From Rhodanobacteraceae bacterium (GTDB taxonomy: Bacteria > Pseudomonadota > Gammaproteobacteria > Xanthomonadales > Rhodanobacteraceae), in NCBI GenBank assembly GCA_036503375.1, contig DASXWZ010000076.1, positions 1 to 27,219 on the forward strand: a stretch of 27,219 nucleotides of DNA. The letters are read 5' to 3'. Positions 1-8,893 of this stretch are shown here, piece after piece. Below the pieces are notes generated by a model. That model was not told where the DNA came from, made no database searches, and saw only the letters and a list, made by a program, of their open reading frames with translations. The position numbers and the translations under genes are program-made. Within the stretch, counting starts at the first letter, position 1; every line of letters starts with the position of its first letter.

Positions 1-204
1 AGAGTACGGATTTGGGCGGCTCTTGCTCTTCCGAGTTCCGAATCTCGAGTCCCGAGTCCCGGTAAAATCGTCGCCGCTTCGAAGAGCGGCATCGATATCG
101 CCTGCGGCGAAGGTGTGCTGCGGATTCTGAAACTGCAGCGCGCGGGCGGACGCGTGATTTCCGCAGCCGACTATCTCAACGCGCGGTCGGAATTGCGCGC
201 GTGA
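1..204 (+). CDS. fmt: Methionyl-tRNA formyltransferase, 3' end (partial, runs in from window edge)
   Basis: Frame 1 from base 1 reads RVRIWAA...PGKIVAASKSGIDIACGEGVLRILKLQRAGGRVISAADYLNARSELRA*, the typical Fmt C-terminal domain. TGA 202-204 overlaps the rsmB GTG (GTGA). fmt-rsmB adjacency is a well-known arrangement. Not in the ORF track. Confidence 0.93.
   Translation, partial: RVRIWAALALPSSESRVPSPGKIVAASKSGIDIACGEGVLRILKLQRAGGRVISAADYLNARSELRA
29..61 (+). repeat. Degenerate heptamer tandem repeat (TYYCGAR x4.7) inside the fmt coding sequence
   Basis: TTCCGAG TTCCGAA TCTCGAG TCCCGAG TCCCG read directly from the sequence. Confidence 0.8.
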
Positions 205-1502
205 GAAACGACACGCGTGCGCTCGCCGCGCAGGTGCTGGCTGCCGTGGCACTCGAAGGGACATCCCTGCGTGAAGCGCTGGCTCCTGCACAAAACAAAC
301 TCGCCGATCCGCGCGATCGCGCATTGCTGACCGCGCTGGTCAACGAAGGCGCGCGCTGGTGGTTGCGTTTCGATCCGGCGCTGGACCGGTTGCTCGAAAA
401 GCCGCTGCGCAAACGCGAGCCGGCATTGCACGCGTTGCTGGTGCTCGGGTTGGTACAACTGGAAATCCTGCGACTTCCGCCGCACGCCGCGGTAGCGTCG
501 ACGGTGGAAGCCGCGCGCGCGTCGGGGCGCGACGGGTTCGTCAACCTGATCAATGCGGTGCTGCGGCGTTGGCTGCGCGAACGCGAGGGCATGAATGCGC
601 AGCTCGACCGCGGCCTGCAAACCCGAACCGCGCATCCGGCGTGGCTGATCGATGCGATCGTGCACGATTGGCCGGAGCACGCCGATTCGATCCTCGCCGC
701 CAACAACTTGCACGCGCCACCGATGCTGCGCGTCAACCGCCGGCGCGCAAAGCGCGATGAAATTGTCGCGGCGCTGTCGGCGCTGGGCGTGGAGGCGCGT
801 GCGCATCCCTGGCTGCGCGATGCGCTGGTGCTGGACAAGAACACGGACATCACGCGGTTGCGCGAATTCGAGCAGGGAAAATTTTCGGTGCAGGACGGCG
901 CCGCGCAACTCGCCGCCGATCTGCTCGATGCGCAAGAAGGCATGCGCGTGCTGGACGCCTGCGCCGCGCCGGGCGGCAAGACCTGTCATGTGCTGGAACG
1001 TTCCGATGTCGACTTGCTGGCACTGGAGCGCGAGCCTTCACGCGCCGCGCGCATCCGCGAAAACCTGCAGCGCCTGGGATTGCGCTGCGAATTGCGGATC
1101 GGCGATGCCGGCGAGCCGGAGGGCTGGTGGGACGACGAGCCGTTCGATCGCATCCTGCTCGATGCACCGTGTTCGGCCACGGGCGTGATCCGCCGCCACC
1201 CGGACATCAAGTTGCACCGACGTGCAGATGACATCCCTGCGCTGGTGCGCGGGCAATCGCGCCTGCTGGATGCGCTGTGGCCATCGCTGAAATCCGGCGG
1301 CCGTTTGGTGTACGCGACTTGCTCGGTCCTGCGCGCGGAAAACGAAGCCGTGATCGCGGCGTTTCTTTCGTCGAACGACGATGCGCGACCGATGCCGTTC
1401 GCGCTGGATGTGGGCCACGCCGGCGGTGCCGGTCGGCAGATCCTGCCCGGGATGAGCGGACTGGACGGCATGTACTATGCCGTCATCGAGAAACGCCATT
1501 GA
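201..1502 (+). CDS. rsmB: 16S rRNA m5C967 methyltransferase RsmB (Sun/Fmu)
   Basis: NusB-like N-terminus (A..AAVASTVEAAR...LINAVLRR), SAM motif VLDACAAPGGKT, catalytic DAPCSATG and YATCS motifs, directly after fmt. Confidence 0.97.
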   Translation: MRNDTRALAAQVLAAVALEGTSLREALAPAQNKLADPRDRALLTALVNEGARWWLRFDPALDRLLEKPLRKREPALHALLVLGLVQLEILRLPPHAAVASTVEAARASGRDGFVNLINAVLRRWLREREGMNAQLDRGLQTRTAHPAWLIDAIVHDWPEHADSILAANNLHAPPMLRVNRRRAKRDEIVAALSALGVEARAHPWLRDALVLDKNTDITRLREFEQGKFSVQDGAAQLAADLLDAQEGMRVLDACAAPGGKTCHVLERSDVDLLALEREPSRAARIRENLQRLGLRCELRIGDAGEPEGWWDDEPFDRILLDAPCSATGVIRRHPDIKLHRRADDIPALVRGQSRLLDALWPSLKSGGRLVYATCSVLRAENEAVIAAFLSSNDDARPMPFALDVGHAGGAGRQILPGMSGLDGMYYAVIEKRH

Positions 1503-1515
1503 ACGACGCTACGGC

Positions 1516-3258
1516 ATGAACGTCCTCCGCAGCGCGCGCGAATGGATCGCGCGCAGCCCGCGCAACCAGACGATCGTCTTCTTTCTCTTCGCGCTGTTGC
1601 TGCTGGCGATCGGGCTGGGGCTGCGCGATCCCTGGCCTTCGGACGAACCGCGTTTCGCGCTGGTCGCGAGACAAATGCTGTTTTCCGGAGATTGGCTGTT
1701 CCCGCATCGCGGCATCGAGTTGTACGCGGACAAGCCGCCGTTGTTCATGTGGCTGCAGGCGGTCGCGTACTGGATCACCCACGGCTGGCGAGGCTGGTTC
1801 CTGTTGCCATCGCTGCTGTCCGCCGTGGGCACGCTGGCGCTGACTTACGATCTGGGAAGAAGGCTTTGGAATCATCGCGCGGGCCTGTACGCGGCGACTG
1901 CGGTGTTGTTCGCGTTCCAGTTCATGTACCAGATGAAGCGGGCGCAAATCGATCCGCTGATCACCTTCTGGATCACGCTGGCGAACTGGGGTTTGCTGCT
2001 GCACTTCCTGCGCGGACCGAACTGGCGTGCCTACGCGCTGGGGTGTTTCGCCGCCGGTCTGGGCGTGATCACCAAGGGCGTCAGCATCCTCGCACTGCTG
2101 ATGTTCCTGCCCTACGTCTGGGCCTGTCGGCGCAACTGGTCGAACGTCCATCGCGAAAGCGTGCGCGATGCGCGCTGGTGGCTGGGTTTGGTCGCGTTCC
2201 TGCTGCCCATACTCGGGTGGGCCTTGCCGATGTTGATGGCGGCCCACGCGCGCGGCACGCCCGAATATGCGGCGTACGTCAACGACATCCTGTTCCACCA
2301 GACGGCGCAGCGTTACGCGGGCTCTTGGTCGCACCCGCAGGCACCCTGGTATTACGTCGCCATCGTGCTGTTCAACTGGTTCCCGCTGTCGCTGCTCTAC
2401 ATCGGTGGCGTGCCCCGCTGGTGGCGCGATCTGAAGGCTGGCGATGCGCGCATCATGTTGCCGTTGATGTGGACCCTGCTGGTGGTGGTGTTCTTCAGCA
2501 TTCCCACCGGCAAGCGCGACGTTTACATCCTGCCCGCGCTGCCGATGACCGCGCTTGCGCTGTCGCCCTACGTCGCGGAGCTGATCAAGGCACGCTGGCT
2601 GCGCATCGCCGCCTTCGCGATCGCGTTGATCGGCGGGGTGGTGATCGTGATCGCGGGCGTGCTGGCATTGCAGGACAAGGTGCCGGCCGCCCGCGACTTC
2701 CTGTTGCGGCGCGATCTGGTCGATCAGGCCGCTTCCGTGTGGCGCATGGTGATCGCCATCGGTGCGGTGTTGATCCTGGGCGCGATGGCGTTTCGTCCGC
2801 GCCACGGCGCGTTGGGCCTGCTGTGCGGATTGACAGGTCTCTGGATCATCTGGGCGCTGTGGGCATACCCACTGTTGAACGATTCCAGCTCGGCGGCGGG
2901 CATCATGCGCGACGCGCGTGCGATCGCCGGCCCGCAGGCCGAAATCGGTCTGGTCGCGCCGCGCGAACAGAACCTGCTGATGGCGGTCGGTCCGACGCGC
3001 GAGTTCGGCTTCACGGCATCGTGGACCACGCAGTTCCAGCGCGCGACCGAGTGGCAGCGGCAGGCACCTGCATCGCGCTGGATCTTCAGCCTGGACCAGG
3101 CGATGGGGAACTGCGTGGATACATCGAAGGCACGCCTGGTCGGAATGGCCAACAGACGGCAATGGTGGCTGTTCCGTAGCGGCGCGGTGATTCCCGGCTG
3201 CACGCCTCCGCCGGGACCACGCGACGCGGTGGACCGGACGGATTCGCAAGGTCAGTAG
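1516..3258 (+). CDS. ArnT/PMT-family (GT-C) polyprenyl-phosphate-sugar transferase, paralog 1
   Basis: Multi-TM protein with WPSDEPRFA, YADKPPLFMW, LGVITKG and GKRDVYILP motifs. Start moved from 1477 (inside rsmB) to ATG 1516. Confidence 0.9.
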   Translation: MNVLRSAREWIARSPRNQTIVFFLFALLLLAIGLGLRDPWPSDEPRFALVARQMLFSGDWLFPHRGIELYADKPPLFMWLQAVAYWITHGWRGWFLLPSLLSAVGTLALTYDLGRRLWNHRAGLYAATAVLFAFQFMYQMKRAQIDPLITFWITLANWGLLLHFLRGPNWRAYALGCFAAGLGVITKGVSILALLMFLPYVWACRRNWSNVHRESVRDARWWLGLVAFLLPILGWALPMLMAAHARGTPEYAAYVNDILFHQTAQRYAGSWSHPQAPWYYVAIVLFNWFPLSLLYIGGVPRWWRDLKAGDARIMLPLMWTLLVVVFFSIPTGKRDVYILPALPMTALALSPYVAELIKARWLRIAAFAIALIGGVVIVIAGVLALQDKVPAARDFLLRRDLVDQAASVWRMVIAIGAVLILGAMAFRPRHGALGLLCGLTGLWIIWALWAYPLLNDSSSAAGIMRDARAIAGPQAEIGLVAPREQNLLMAVGPTREFGFTASWTTQFQRATEWQRQAPASRWIFSLDQAMGNCVDTSKARLVGMANRRQWWLFRSGAVIPGCTPPPGPRDAVDRTDSQGQ

Positions 3259-3269
3259 TCGCGACTCGA

Positions 3270-3917
3270 TCAGGGATCGTGACGCGGACCGCTCCAACTC
3301 GAAACCGGGGTGGCCAATCGCCTTCGCATCCTGCGGTAGCGGCGCAGGATGAAATGACGATTGAATACGCGGCTCATCGAGCTGAAGGGGATCAGGCTCT
3401 TTTCGCCGAAGCCATCGATCACGATCAGCCGCGGTCCGCCGCGCGAATCGCTGCCCCAGGCGAGATTGGCGCCATTCAAGTCGCCGACGATCACGTTGTG
3501 GCGCAACAGCCCGTCGAGCAGTGTTTCGAGCGCCGCGTCCGCCCACGGCGGCGCGCCGCCTTCGCGCAGATAGACCTCGTGCAGCGTTGGCGCGAGCGCA
3601 CCGTCGGGACCGCGCACTTTTTCGCAAACCAGCCCCAGCCCGACGTCCGTTTCCACCAGGCCGATCACGCGCGCGATCGGCGGATCGGCGTGCGGCGTGC
3701 GCGCGTGCGCGGCGATGTACTCCTTGAGTTCGCGCACGAAACTCGAATACTGGCGCGCCCGCGGCAGGCGCTTCCACCATCGCCCCCGCGCGTTCCAGCG
3801 CTTGGCGACGGATTCGGGCCGCATGGTCTTGATCAGCAGATCCGCATGGTCGGGGTGCTGGTACACGGCCCGCTGATGTCCGATCGCCAACGGATTCGTC
3901 TGTGCAAGGGCGAGCAT
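3270..3917 (-). CDS. YrbL-family (PhoP regulatory network) kinase-like protein
   Basis: LAIGHQRAVYQHP...LLIK N-lobe, GDLNGAN catalytic-loop-like motif and IVIDGFG, all typical of YrbL. Confidence 0.8.
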   Translation of the reverse strand: MLALAQTNPLAIGHQRAVYQHPDHADLLIKTMRPESVAKRWNARGRWWKRLPRARQYSSFVRELKEYIAAHARTPHADPPIARVIGLVETDVGLGLVCEKVRGPDGALAPTLHEVYLREGGAPPWADAALETLLDGLLRHNVIVGDLNGANLAWGSDSRGGPRLIVIDGFGEKSLIPFSSMSRVFNRHFILRRYRRMRRRLATPVSSWSGPRHDP

Positions 3918-3981
3918 GCTAAATCTCTCAATCGATCATCGTCCGATGGCTTCGTTCGGCAATCGTGAATGCCCAGTGCGC

Positions 3982-4758
3982 TCACGGATCGGCGTGTCCA
4001 CTGTGATCCAGCAGCCACAGCCGCGCGAATTTCTCGCGCACGTAATCGGCTTCCAGGCAGGCGAACAGGAAGCCGCGCCAGCCATCGAGGAATCCTCCGC
4101 GCAGCACGTAGCCGCGCAGGAATCGCCAGCCCGGATTCAGGACCAGATTGTGCAGATGCGCACGCCGGCCGTTCTCGTGCATGTGCTGCGCCATCATCGT
4201 CGCATAGCGCCGGTAACGCGCGAGCTGGTCGTCCGGCGATCGGTAGGCGCGGTGCTCGAGGTCACCGGCCAGCGTGAGCGCCGGTCCATCGATGACGACG
4301 TGTTCGTGGATTTCCCGGCCCGCATTCCAGCCGCCGCGACTGCGGTCGAACAATCGCAATACGCGATCGGGGTAGGCATTGCCGTGGCGCAGGAACCGGC
4401 CGAAGTATTCGGTGGCGCGCGCGAAGCGGTAGCCCGCTGCGCCGCCGAAGCCCGCGTCGCGGGCGGCTTGGATGGAAGCGCGCAGCGCCGGTGTGACGCG
4501 TTCGTCCGCGTCCAGGCACAGTACCCAGTCGTGCATTGCCTGTTTCACAGCGAAATCCTTTTGCGCGCGGTAACCCTCGAATGGATGTTCGATCACCCGC
4601 GCACCGCGCGCTGCAGCGAGCTCGCGCGTGCCGTCGCTCGATCCCGAGTCCACCACGACGATCTCGTCGCAGAACGCGAGCGATTCGAGGCAATCGCCGA
4701 TCCGGTCGGCTTCGTTCAATGTGATGATGCAGGCCGAAAGCGGCACGCGGTCGGACAT
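3982..4758 (-). CDS. Glycosyltransferase family 2, WaaE/KdtX/LgtF-like (LPS core glucosyltransferase type)
   Basis: LSACIITLNEADRI, VVDSGSSDGT, LCLDADE (DxD), EIHE, and the C-terminal GGFLDGWRG motif. Confidence 0.9.
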   Translation of the reverse strand: MSDRVPLSACIITLNEADRIGDCLESLAFCDEIVVVDSGSSDGTRELAAARGARVIEHPFEGYRAQKDFAVKQAMHDWVLCLDADERVTPALRASIQAARDAGFGGAAGYRFARATEYFGRFLRHGNAYPDRVLRLFDRSRGGWNAGREIHEHVVIDGPALTLAGDLEHRAYRSPDDQLARYRRYATMMAQHMHENGRRAHLHNLVLNPGWRFLRGYVLRGGFLDGWRGFLFACLEADYVREKFARLWLLDHSGHADP

Positions 4759-4764
4759 GCGCGC

Positions 4765-4770
4765 AGTGTA
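4765..4770 (-). promoter_or_regulatory. Putative -10 hexamer (TACACT) 6 nt upstream of the GT2 ATG; leaderless transcript predicted
   Basis: Minus strand reads TACACT-GCGCGC-ATG with no Shine-Dalgarno sequence. Confidence 0.5.
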
Positions 4771-4912
4771 GTGGGGTTGCGCTCCGTTAAACTCGCGCGG
4801 TTTGATGCCCGCGGAACGTCATTCCGGATGCGGCGTGGCCGCTGTGGCCTGATGGCGGGCTGCACCGATGACGGTACGCATCGATTGAACCCGTTCATTG
4901 CGATCGTATAAC

Positions 4913-6622
4913 GTGACACGCAACCACTACATCCGATCCGAACACCTGCGCGCGTTGCTGTGGTGGCTGCCGCTGTGGCTGGGCGCGGCGCTGATCGCGA
5001 TCTTCGCGCATGGCCCGATGCCGATGTATTCCACCCGCACGCTGGGCGTAGCGTGGGAAATGTGGTCGCAACACCACTGGCTGGTGCCGTGGATCAACGG
5101 CGCGCCGTACAGCCAGAAAGTGCCGCTGTTGTTCTGGATGATCCACGCCGGCTGGCTCGTGTTCGGCGTCAACGACGTCTGGGCGCGCGTGTTGGAAGTG
5201 TCGATCGGCGCGGTACAGCTGATCCTCGCGCAGATACTGGCGCGGCGGCTGTTTCCGCAGCGTCCATGGGTGTCGCGCGCGACGCCCTGGATGCTGGCCG
5301 GCCTTTCTTTCGCGTTCCTCTTCGGCCTGCAGATCATGTACGAGGTGTTGCTGAGCGTGTGGGTGCTCGGCGCGCTGCTGTGTCTCGCGCCGGCACCGAA
5401 ACGCAACGCGCCGAACTGGGCCGGGTTCGCGATCTGCATCGGCCTGGGCCTGCTGACCAAGGGTCCGGTGATGGCGCTGCACGTGGTATTCGTGTGGTTG
5501 CTGGGGCCGTGGTGGAACACGTACGCGCGCGAGCGACGCGTGCGCTGGTACGGCTTCGGCGCGCTCGCCTTGGCAGGTGGGTTCGCGATGCTGGCGGCGT
5601 GGGTGATCCCGGCGATCCATGTCGGCGGCGCGGCGTATGCGAACGAACTGCTGTTCACGCAAACCGCCGGACGCGTGGTGGAAGCCTTCGATCACGCGCG
5701 GCCGATCTGGTGGTACCTGCCATGGCTGCCCGCGGTGTTGTTTCCCTTCATCGCCTGGCCGCGCGCGTGGGCCGCGGCCATCGCGCTGCGCAGGCCGCTG
5801 GAGCCCGGATTGCGCTTCTGCATCGCGTGGATGGCGCCGGTGTTCGTGGTGTTCTGCCTGATCAGCGGCAAGCAGACCTACTACCTGGTTCCGGAATTGC
5901 CGGCTGCGATGATGTTGCTGGCTTGCGCGATCGCGCGCTGGCGCGAACGCAAGCCGGATGCGGCGGGCAGTGCGTGGTGGGGACCTTGGCCGCTCGCGAT
6001 CGGATCGTTCGCGCTGGCGATCACCTTGTTCGCGCTGCCGTCGCTGGTGGCCAGCGGGCGCGCCACCGGCCACTGGTTGCGCGATCTCTCCAGCAGCAGC
6101 GCGCCGTTCGGCGTGCTCTACCTGCTGCTGGGAACGCTGGTGTTGCTGCGCGGCCGCGGCGAGCTGCGCCGCCTCGCATTTGCAAGTCTGATCGGCACCG
6201 CGGCGGCGTACCTGCTGTTCACCCTGACGCTGTGGCCGGCCTTCGATCTGACGCCAGTGTCACGGTTGCTGGCGCACGCGCAGCAGCAGGGCCGAGCCAT
6301 CGGCAATCTGGATATCTACCAGGGCCAGTTCCATTTTCTCGGGCGCCTGATGCAACCCATAGATCGCCTCTACGAAGGCGGGAATCTGCAGCAGTGGGCG
6401 CGCGCGCACCCCGACGGATTGATCGTCGAATATCCGAGCAATCTCGCCGCCGATGACCTGCGCTACGCGGTGTTCGTGCAGCCGTTCCGCTCGGTGTGGC
6501 TGGTGGTGTGGAACGCGTCCACGCTCGCGGCGTTGCGCCGCGGCGAGAAACCACCGGAACCCGCGCAGCCGACGGCGACGTATCCCGATGACTACTGGCG
6601 CTACGCGCAGTTCCAACGCTGA
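4913..6622 (+). CDS. ArnT/PMT-family (GT-C) transferase, paralog 2 (start uncertain)
   Basis: Multi-TM protein with YSQKVPLLFW, LGLLTKGP, FDHARPIWWYL and SGKQTYYLVP, which align by eye with paralog 1. GTG 4913 chosen; TTG 4898 or a later start is possible. Confidence 0.85.
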   Translation: MTRNHYIRSEHLRALLWWLPLWLGAALIAIFAHGPMPMYSTRTLGVAWEMWSQHHWLVPWINGAPYSQKVPLLFWMIHAGWLVFGVNDVWARVLEVSIGAVQLILAQILARRLFPQRPWVSRATPWMLAGLSFAFLFGLQIMYEVLLSVWVLGALLCLAPAPKRNAPNWAGFAICIGLGLLTKGPVMALHVVFVWLLGPWWNTYARERRVRWYGFGALALAGGFAMLAAWVIPAIHVGGAAYANELLFTQTAGRVVEAFDHARPIWWYLPWLPAVLFPFIAWPRAWAAAIALRRPLEPGLRFCIAWMAPVFVVFCLISGKQTYYLVPELPAAMMLLACAIARWRERKPDAAGSAWWGPWPLAIGSFALAITLFALPSLVASGRATGHWLRDLSSSSAPFGVLYLLLGTLVLLRGRGELRRLAFASLIGTAAAYLLFTLTLWPAFDLTPVSRLLAHAQQQGRAIGNLDIYQGQFHFLGRLMQPIDRLYEGGNLQQWARAHPDGLIVEYPSNLAADDLRYAVFVQPFRSVWLVVWNASTLAALRRGEKPPEPAQPTATYPDDYWRYAQFQR

Positions 6623-6650
6623 GTTTCACCTCTCCCTATGTCGGCCGCGG

Positions 6651-6656
6651 CACAAT
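6651..6656 (+). promoter_or_regulatory. Putative -10 hexamer (CACAAT) 6 nt upstream of the TPR gene ATG; leaderless transcript predicted
   Basis: GG-CACAAT-GCGAGC-ATG with no Shine-Dalgarno sequence. Confidence 0.45.
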
Positions 6657-6662
6657 GCGAGC

Positions 6663-6980
6663 ATGAGTGCACCGCGCATCGAAAATCTTCGCGCGCAACT
6701 GGGCGGTCCCCGCGACGGCGCGTTGTTGCGCCATGCGCTGGGCAGTGCATTGCTGGATGTCGGCGATGCTGCCGAAGCGGTGATCCAGTTGCGCGAGGCG
6801 CTGACCTTCGATCCGCAATATTCCGCCGCGTGGAAACTTCTGGGCAAGGCGCATCTGGCAGTCGACGACGTCGACGCCGCAGCCGAAGCATGGCGCGAAG
6901 GCATCGACGTGTCGGAGCAACGCGGCGACGTGCAGGCGGCAAAGGAGATGCGGGTGTTCCTGCGACGGCTGGAGAAATAG
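6663..6980 (+). CDS. Small tetratricopeptide-repeat protein (105 aa)
   Basis: TPR pattern ALG.ALLD.G...EAV..LREAL.FDPQYSAAWKLLGKAHL..D...AA.EAWREGI. Start at ATG 6663 within track ORF 6453..6980. Confidence 0.85.
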   Translation: MSAPRIENLRAQLGGPRDGALLRHALGSALLDVGDAAEAVIQLREALTFDPQYSAAWKLLGKAHLAVDDVDAAAEAWREGIDVSEQRGDVQAAKEMRVFLRRLEK

Positions 6981-6998
6981 GGTCGCCCGGCGGATGTA

Positions 6999-7946
6999 TC
7001 AGTTTTTTCCGTCTGCCGTTTCCCTTCTTCCGTTTCTCGCCTTGTTGCGCGCGACCCAGTACGGATCCTTTTCGCGCGGATCGGGCCGCTCGGCCCAGCG
7101 CTTGTAGGCCCACTGATACTGGGTGAAAGCGAGTTCCACGCAGTCCTGCACCCCGCGGTTCAAGGCCGTGCAGGCCACGCGCAAATCCTCGTCGGCGATG
7201 TCTTTGGGCGCAGGCAGGAAATGGATGCGGAACCCTTCGCCGTGTTTGAGGCGTTCGGCGAAAGCGAACAGCACGGTCGCGCCGGTGCGGAGAGCCATGC
7301 GCGGCAACAGCACCATGGTGTTGGCTTCCACACCGAAGAACGGTGCGAACTGGCCCTCGCCTCGCTTGGGTTGCTGGTCGGGAAGGATGCCGACCACGCC
7401 TCCGGCACTGAGACGCTTGTACAGCCAACGCACGCCAATACCATCCGCACGCACCTGCTGTGGCGCCAGGCCGCCGCGTGCACGCCGCAGCATGGCTTCG
7501 AACGCGACATCGCGCGGCGGCGCATACAGGATCGCTATCGGGGTGCGGCTGCTGAGCCAGTGATTGAGCACTTCCCAGCAACCCAGGTGCGGCGCGGCGA
7601 TGATCAGTCCGCGTCTCGCGTTCAGCGCCGCCTCGAACAAGTCCTGCCCGCGCACTTCGCGCACCAGCTCCAGCGCATGCAGCGCGCCGCGTCCCCACAC
7701 CGCGGCGAGTTCGCTGACCGCGCGGCCGGTTTCGATCAGGCAGAGTTTCGTCATGCGCGCCCGGGACGCGCCGGTGAGCTTCGGGCACGCCAGCGTCAAG
7801 CTCACTTCCGTGTGCACGCGTTCGCGCGCGTGACGGCGCCACCACAGCACGATGCCGAGCGCCGTCCCCAGCGCATACAGCGCGCGCAATGGCAGCGCGC
7901 CCAGCAGGCGCAACGCGGTCCAGGTCAGCGCGACGTACCAGCGCAT
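6999..7946 (-). CDS. LpxL/HtrB-family lipid A late acyltransferase, copy A (315 aa)
   Basis: N-terminal membrane anchor, APHLGCWE (H-x4-E), LPDQQP, APFFG and QYQWAYKR motifs. Real start is ATG 7946, not 8708. Confidence 0.92.
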   Translation of the reverse strand: MRWYVALTWTALRLLGALPLRALYALGTALGIVLWWRRHARERVHTEVSLTLACPKLTGASRARMTKLCLIETGRAVSELAAVWGRGALHALELVREVRGQDLFEAALNARRGLIIAAPHLGCWEVLNHWLSSRTPIAILYAPPRDVAFEAMLRRARGGLAPQQVRADGIGVRWLYKRLSAGGVVGILPDQQPKRGEGQFAPFFGVEANTMVLLPRMALRTGATVLFAFAERLKHGEGFRIHFLPAPKDIADEDLRVACTALNRGVQDCVELAFTQYQWAYKRWAERPDPREKDPYWVARNKARNGRRETADGKN

Positions 7947-8857
7947 CAGCCCGTGCTCGCCATCGTGCGTGGTGCGTGGTAGATGTCGGGCAATCCACTG
8001 CCCGGGCGCGGCTTGAACCGTTTGTAGTTCCACTGGTATTGCGCGAAGGCGAGCTGCACGCACTGTTCCACCGCGGCGTTCAATGCCGCGCACGCGGTCG
8101 GCAGGTCGGGATCGCGCAAGGCCGCCGGCGGTTCGCGGAAATGGATGATGAAGCCGGCCGACCGCGGCAGCCGTTCGACGAACAGCATCAGCACGTTCGC
8201 CTGCGTGCGGCGCTGCAGTCGCGGCAGCAGCGTCATCGTCAACGCGGGCACGCCGAAGAACGGCGCGACGACGCCGCCGCTGCGCGGCACGTGGTCGGGC
8301 ATGATCGACACTACGCCGCCGTTGCCCAGGTGCCGGAACACGCGGCGCACCCCCGAATCGTCGATCGGGAACTGGATCGATGCGCCGCCCTCGCGCAAGG
8401 CGCGCAGCAGCAATTCGAGCTGCGGATATCGCGGTTGCGTATAGAACGTGGCAAAAGGCGTTCGTGCACCGACCCAGTAGTTGGCCACTTCCCAACTCCC
8501 CAGGTGCGGCGCGCACAGGATCAGGCCTTTGCCGCTGTCTAGCGCCGCGTCGAACAAGTCCTGACCGCGCACTTCCCGCACGGCACCGAGCACGCGTTCG
8601 ATACGCGTCCAGATGCCGAACACCTCCAGCAGTGACTTGCCCGTTTCGATCAGGGACTCGCGCGACAGCTTCTCGCGCGTGACCTTGTCCAGTTGCGGCC
8701 GCACGCACGCGAGGTTGACTTGCACGATCGCGCGCTTGCGCGTCGGTACCCGCCAGAACAACCGGCCCAGCGTCGCGCCCAACGCCTGCCAGAAGCGCAG
8801 CGGCAATGTCGAGGCCGCGCGCAGGAGCGCATAGAGCAGGCGGGTGTACCAGTGCAT
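7946..8857 (-). CDS. LpxL/HtrB-family lipid A late acyltransferase, copy B (303 aa)
   Basis: [19 protein letters not shown] and QYQWNYKR motifs. It is the C-terminal part of track ORF 7946..11554. Its TGA overlaps the ATG of copy A. Confidence 0.92.
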   Translation of the reverse strand: MHWYTRLLYALLRAASTLPLRFWQALGATLGRLFWRVPTRKRAIVQVNLACVRPQLDKVTREKLSRESLIETGKSLLEVFGIWTRIERVLGAVREVRGQDLFDAALDSGKGLILCAPHLGSWEVANYWVGARTPFATFYTQPRYPQLELLLRALREGGASIQFPIDDSGVRRVFRHLGNGGVVSIMPDHVPRSGGVVAPFFGVPALTMTLLPRLQRRTQANVLMLFVERLPRSAGFIIHFREPPAALRDPDLPTACAALNAAVEQCVQLAFAQYQWNYKRFKPRPGSGLPDIYHAPRTMASTG

Positions 8858-8863
8858 CGTGCG

Positions 8864-8887
8864 AGTGTAGCCAAGAATCGGTACGCT
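8864..8887. promoter_or_regulatory. Back-to-back putative -10 hexamers for divergent leaderless genes (acyltransferase B on minus, dtd on plus)
   Basis: Minus strand TACACT (8869-8864) lies 6 nt before ATG 8857. Plus strand TACGCT (8882-8887) lies 6 nt before ATG 8894. Confidence 0.5.
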
Positions 8888-8893
8888 CCAGGC

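Noticed and set aside
1483-3780. 765-aa minus-strand ORF and similar long Arg/Ala-rich overlapping ORFs (e.g. 6601..7998, 14710..16020, 16576..17682, 20609..22228, 24782..26278)
   Set aside because: No recognisable motifs, and each is a shadow frame of a well-supported gene.
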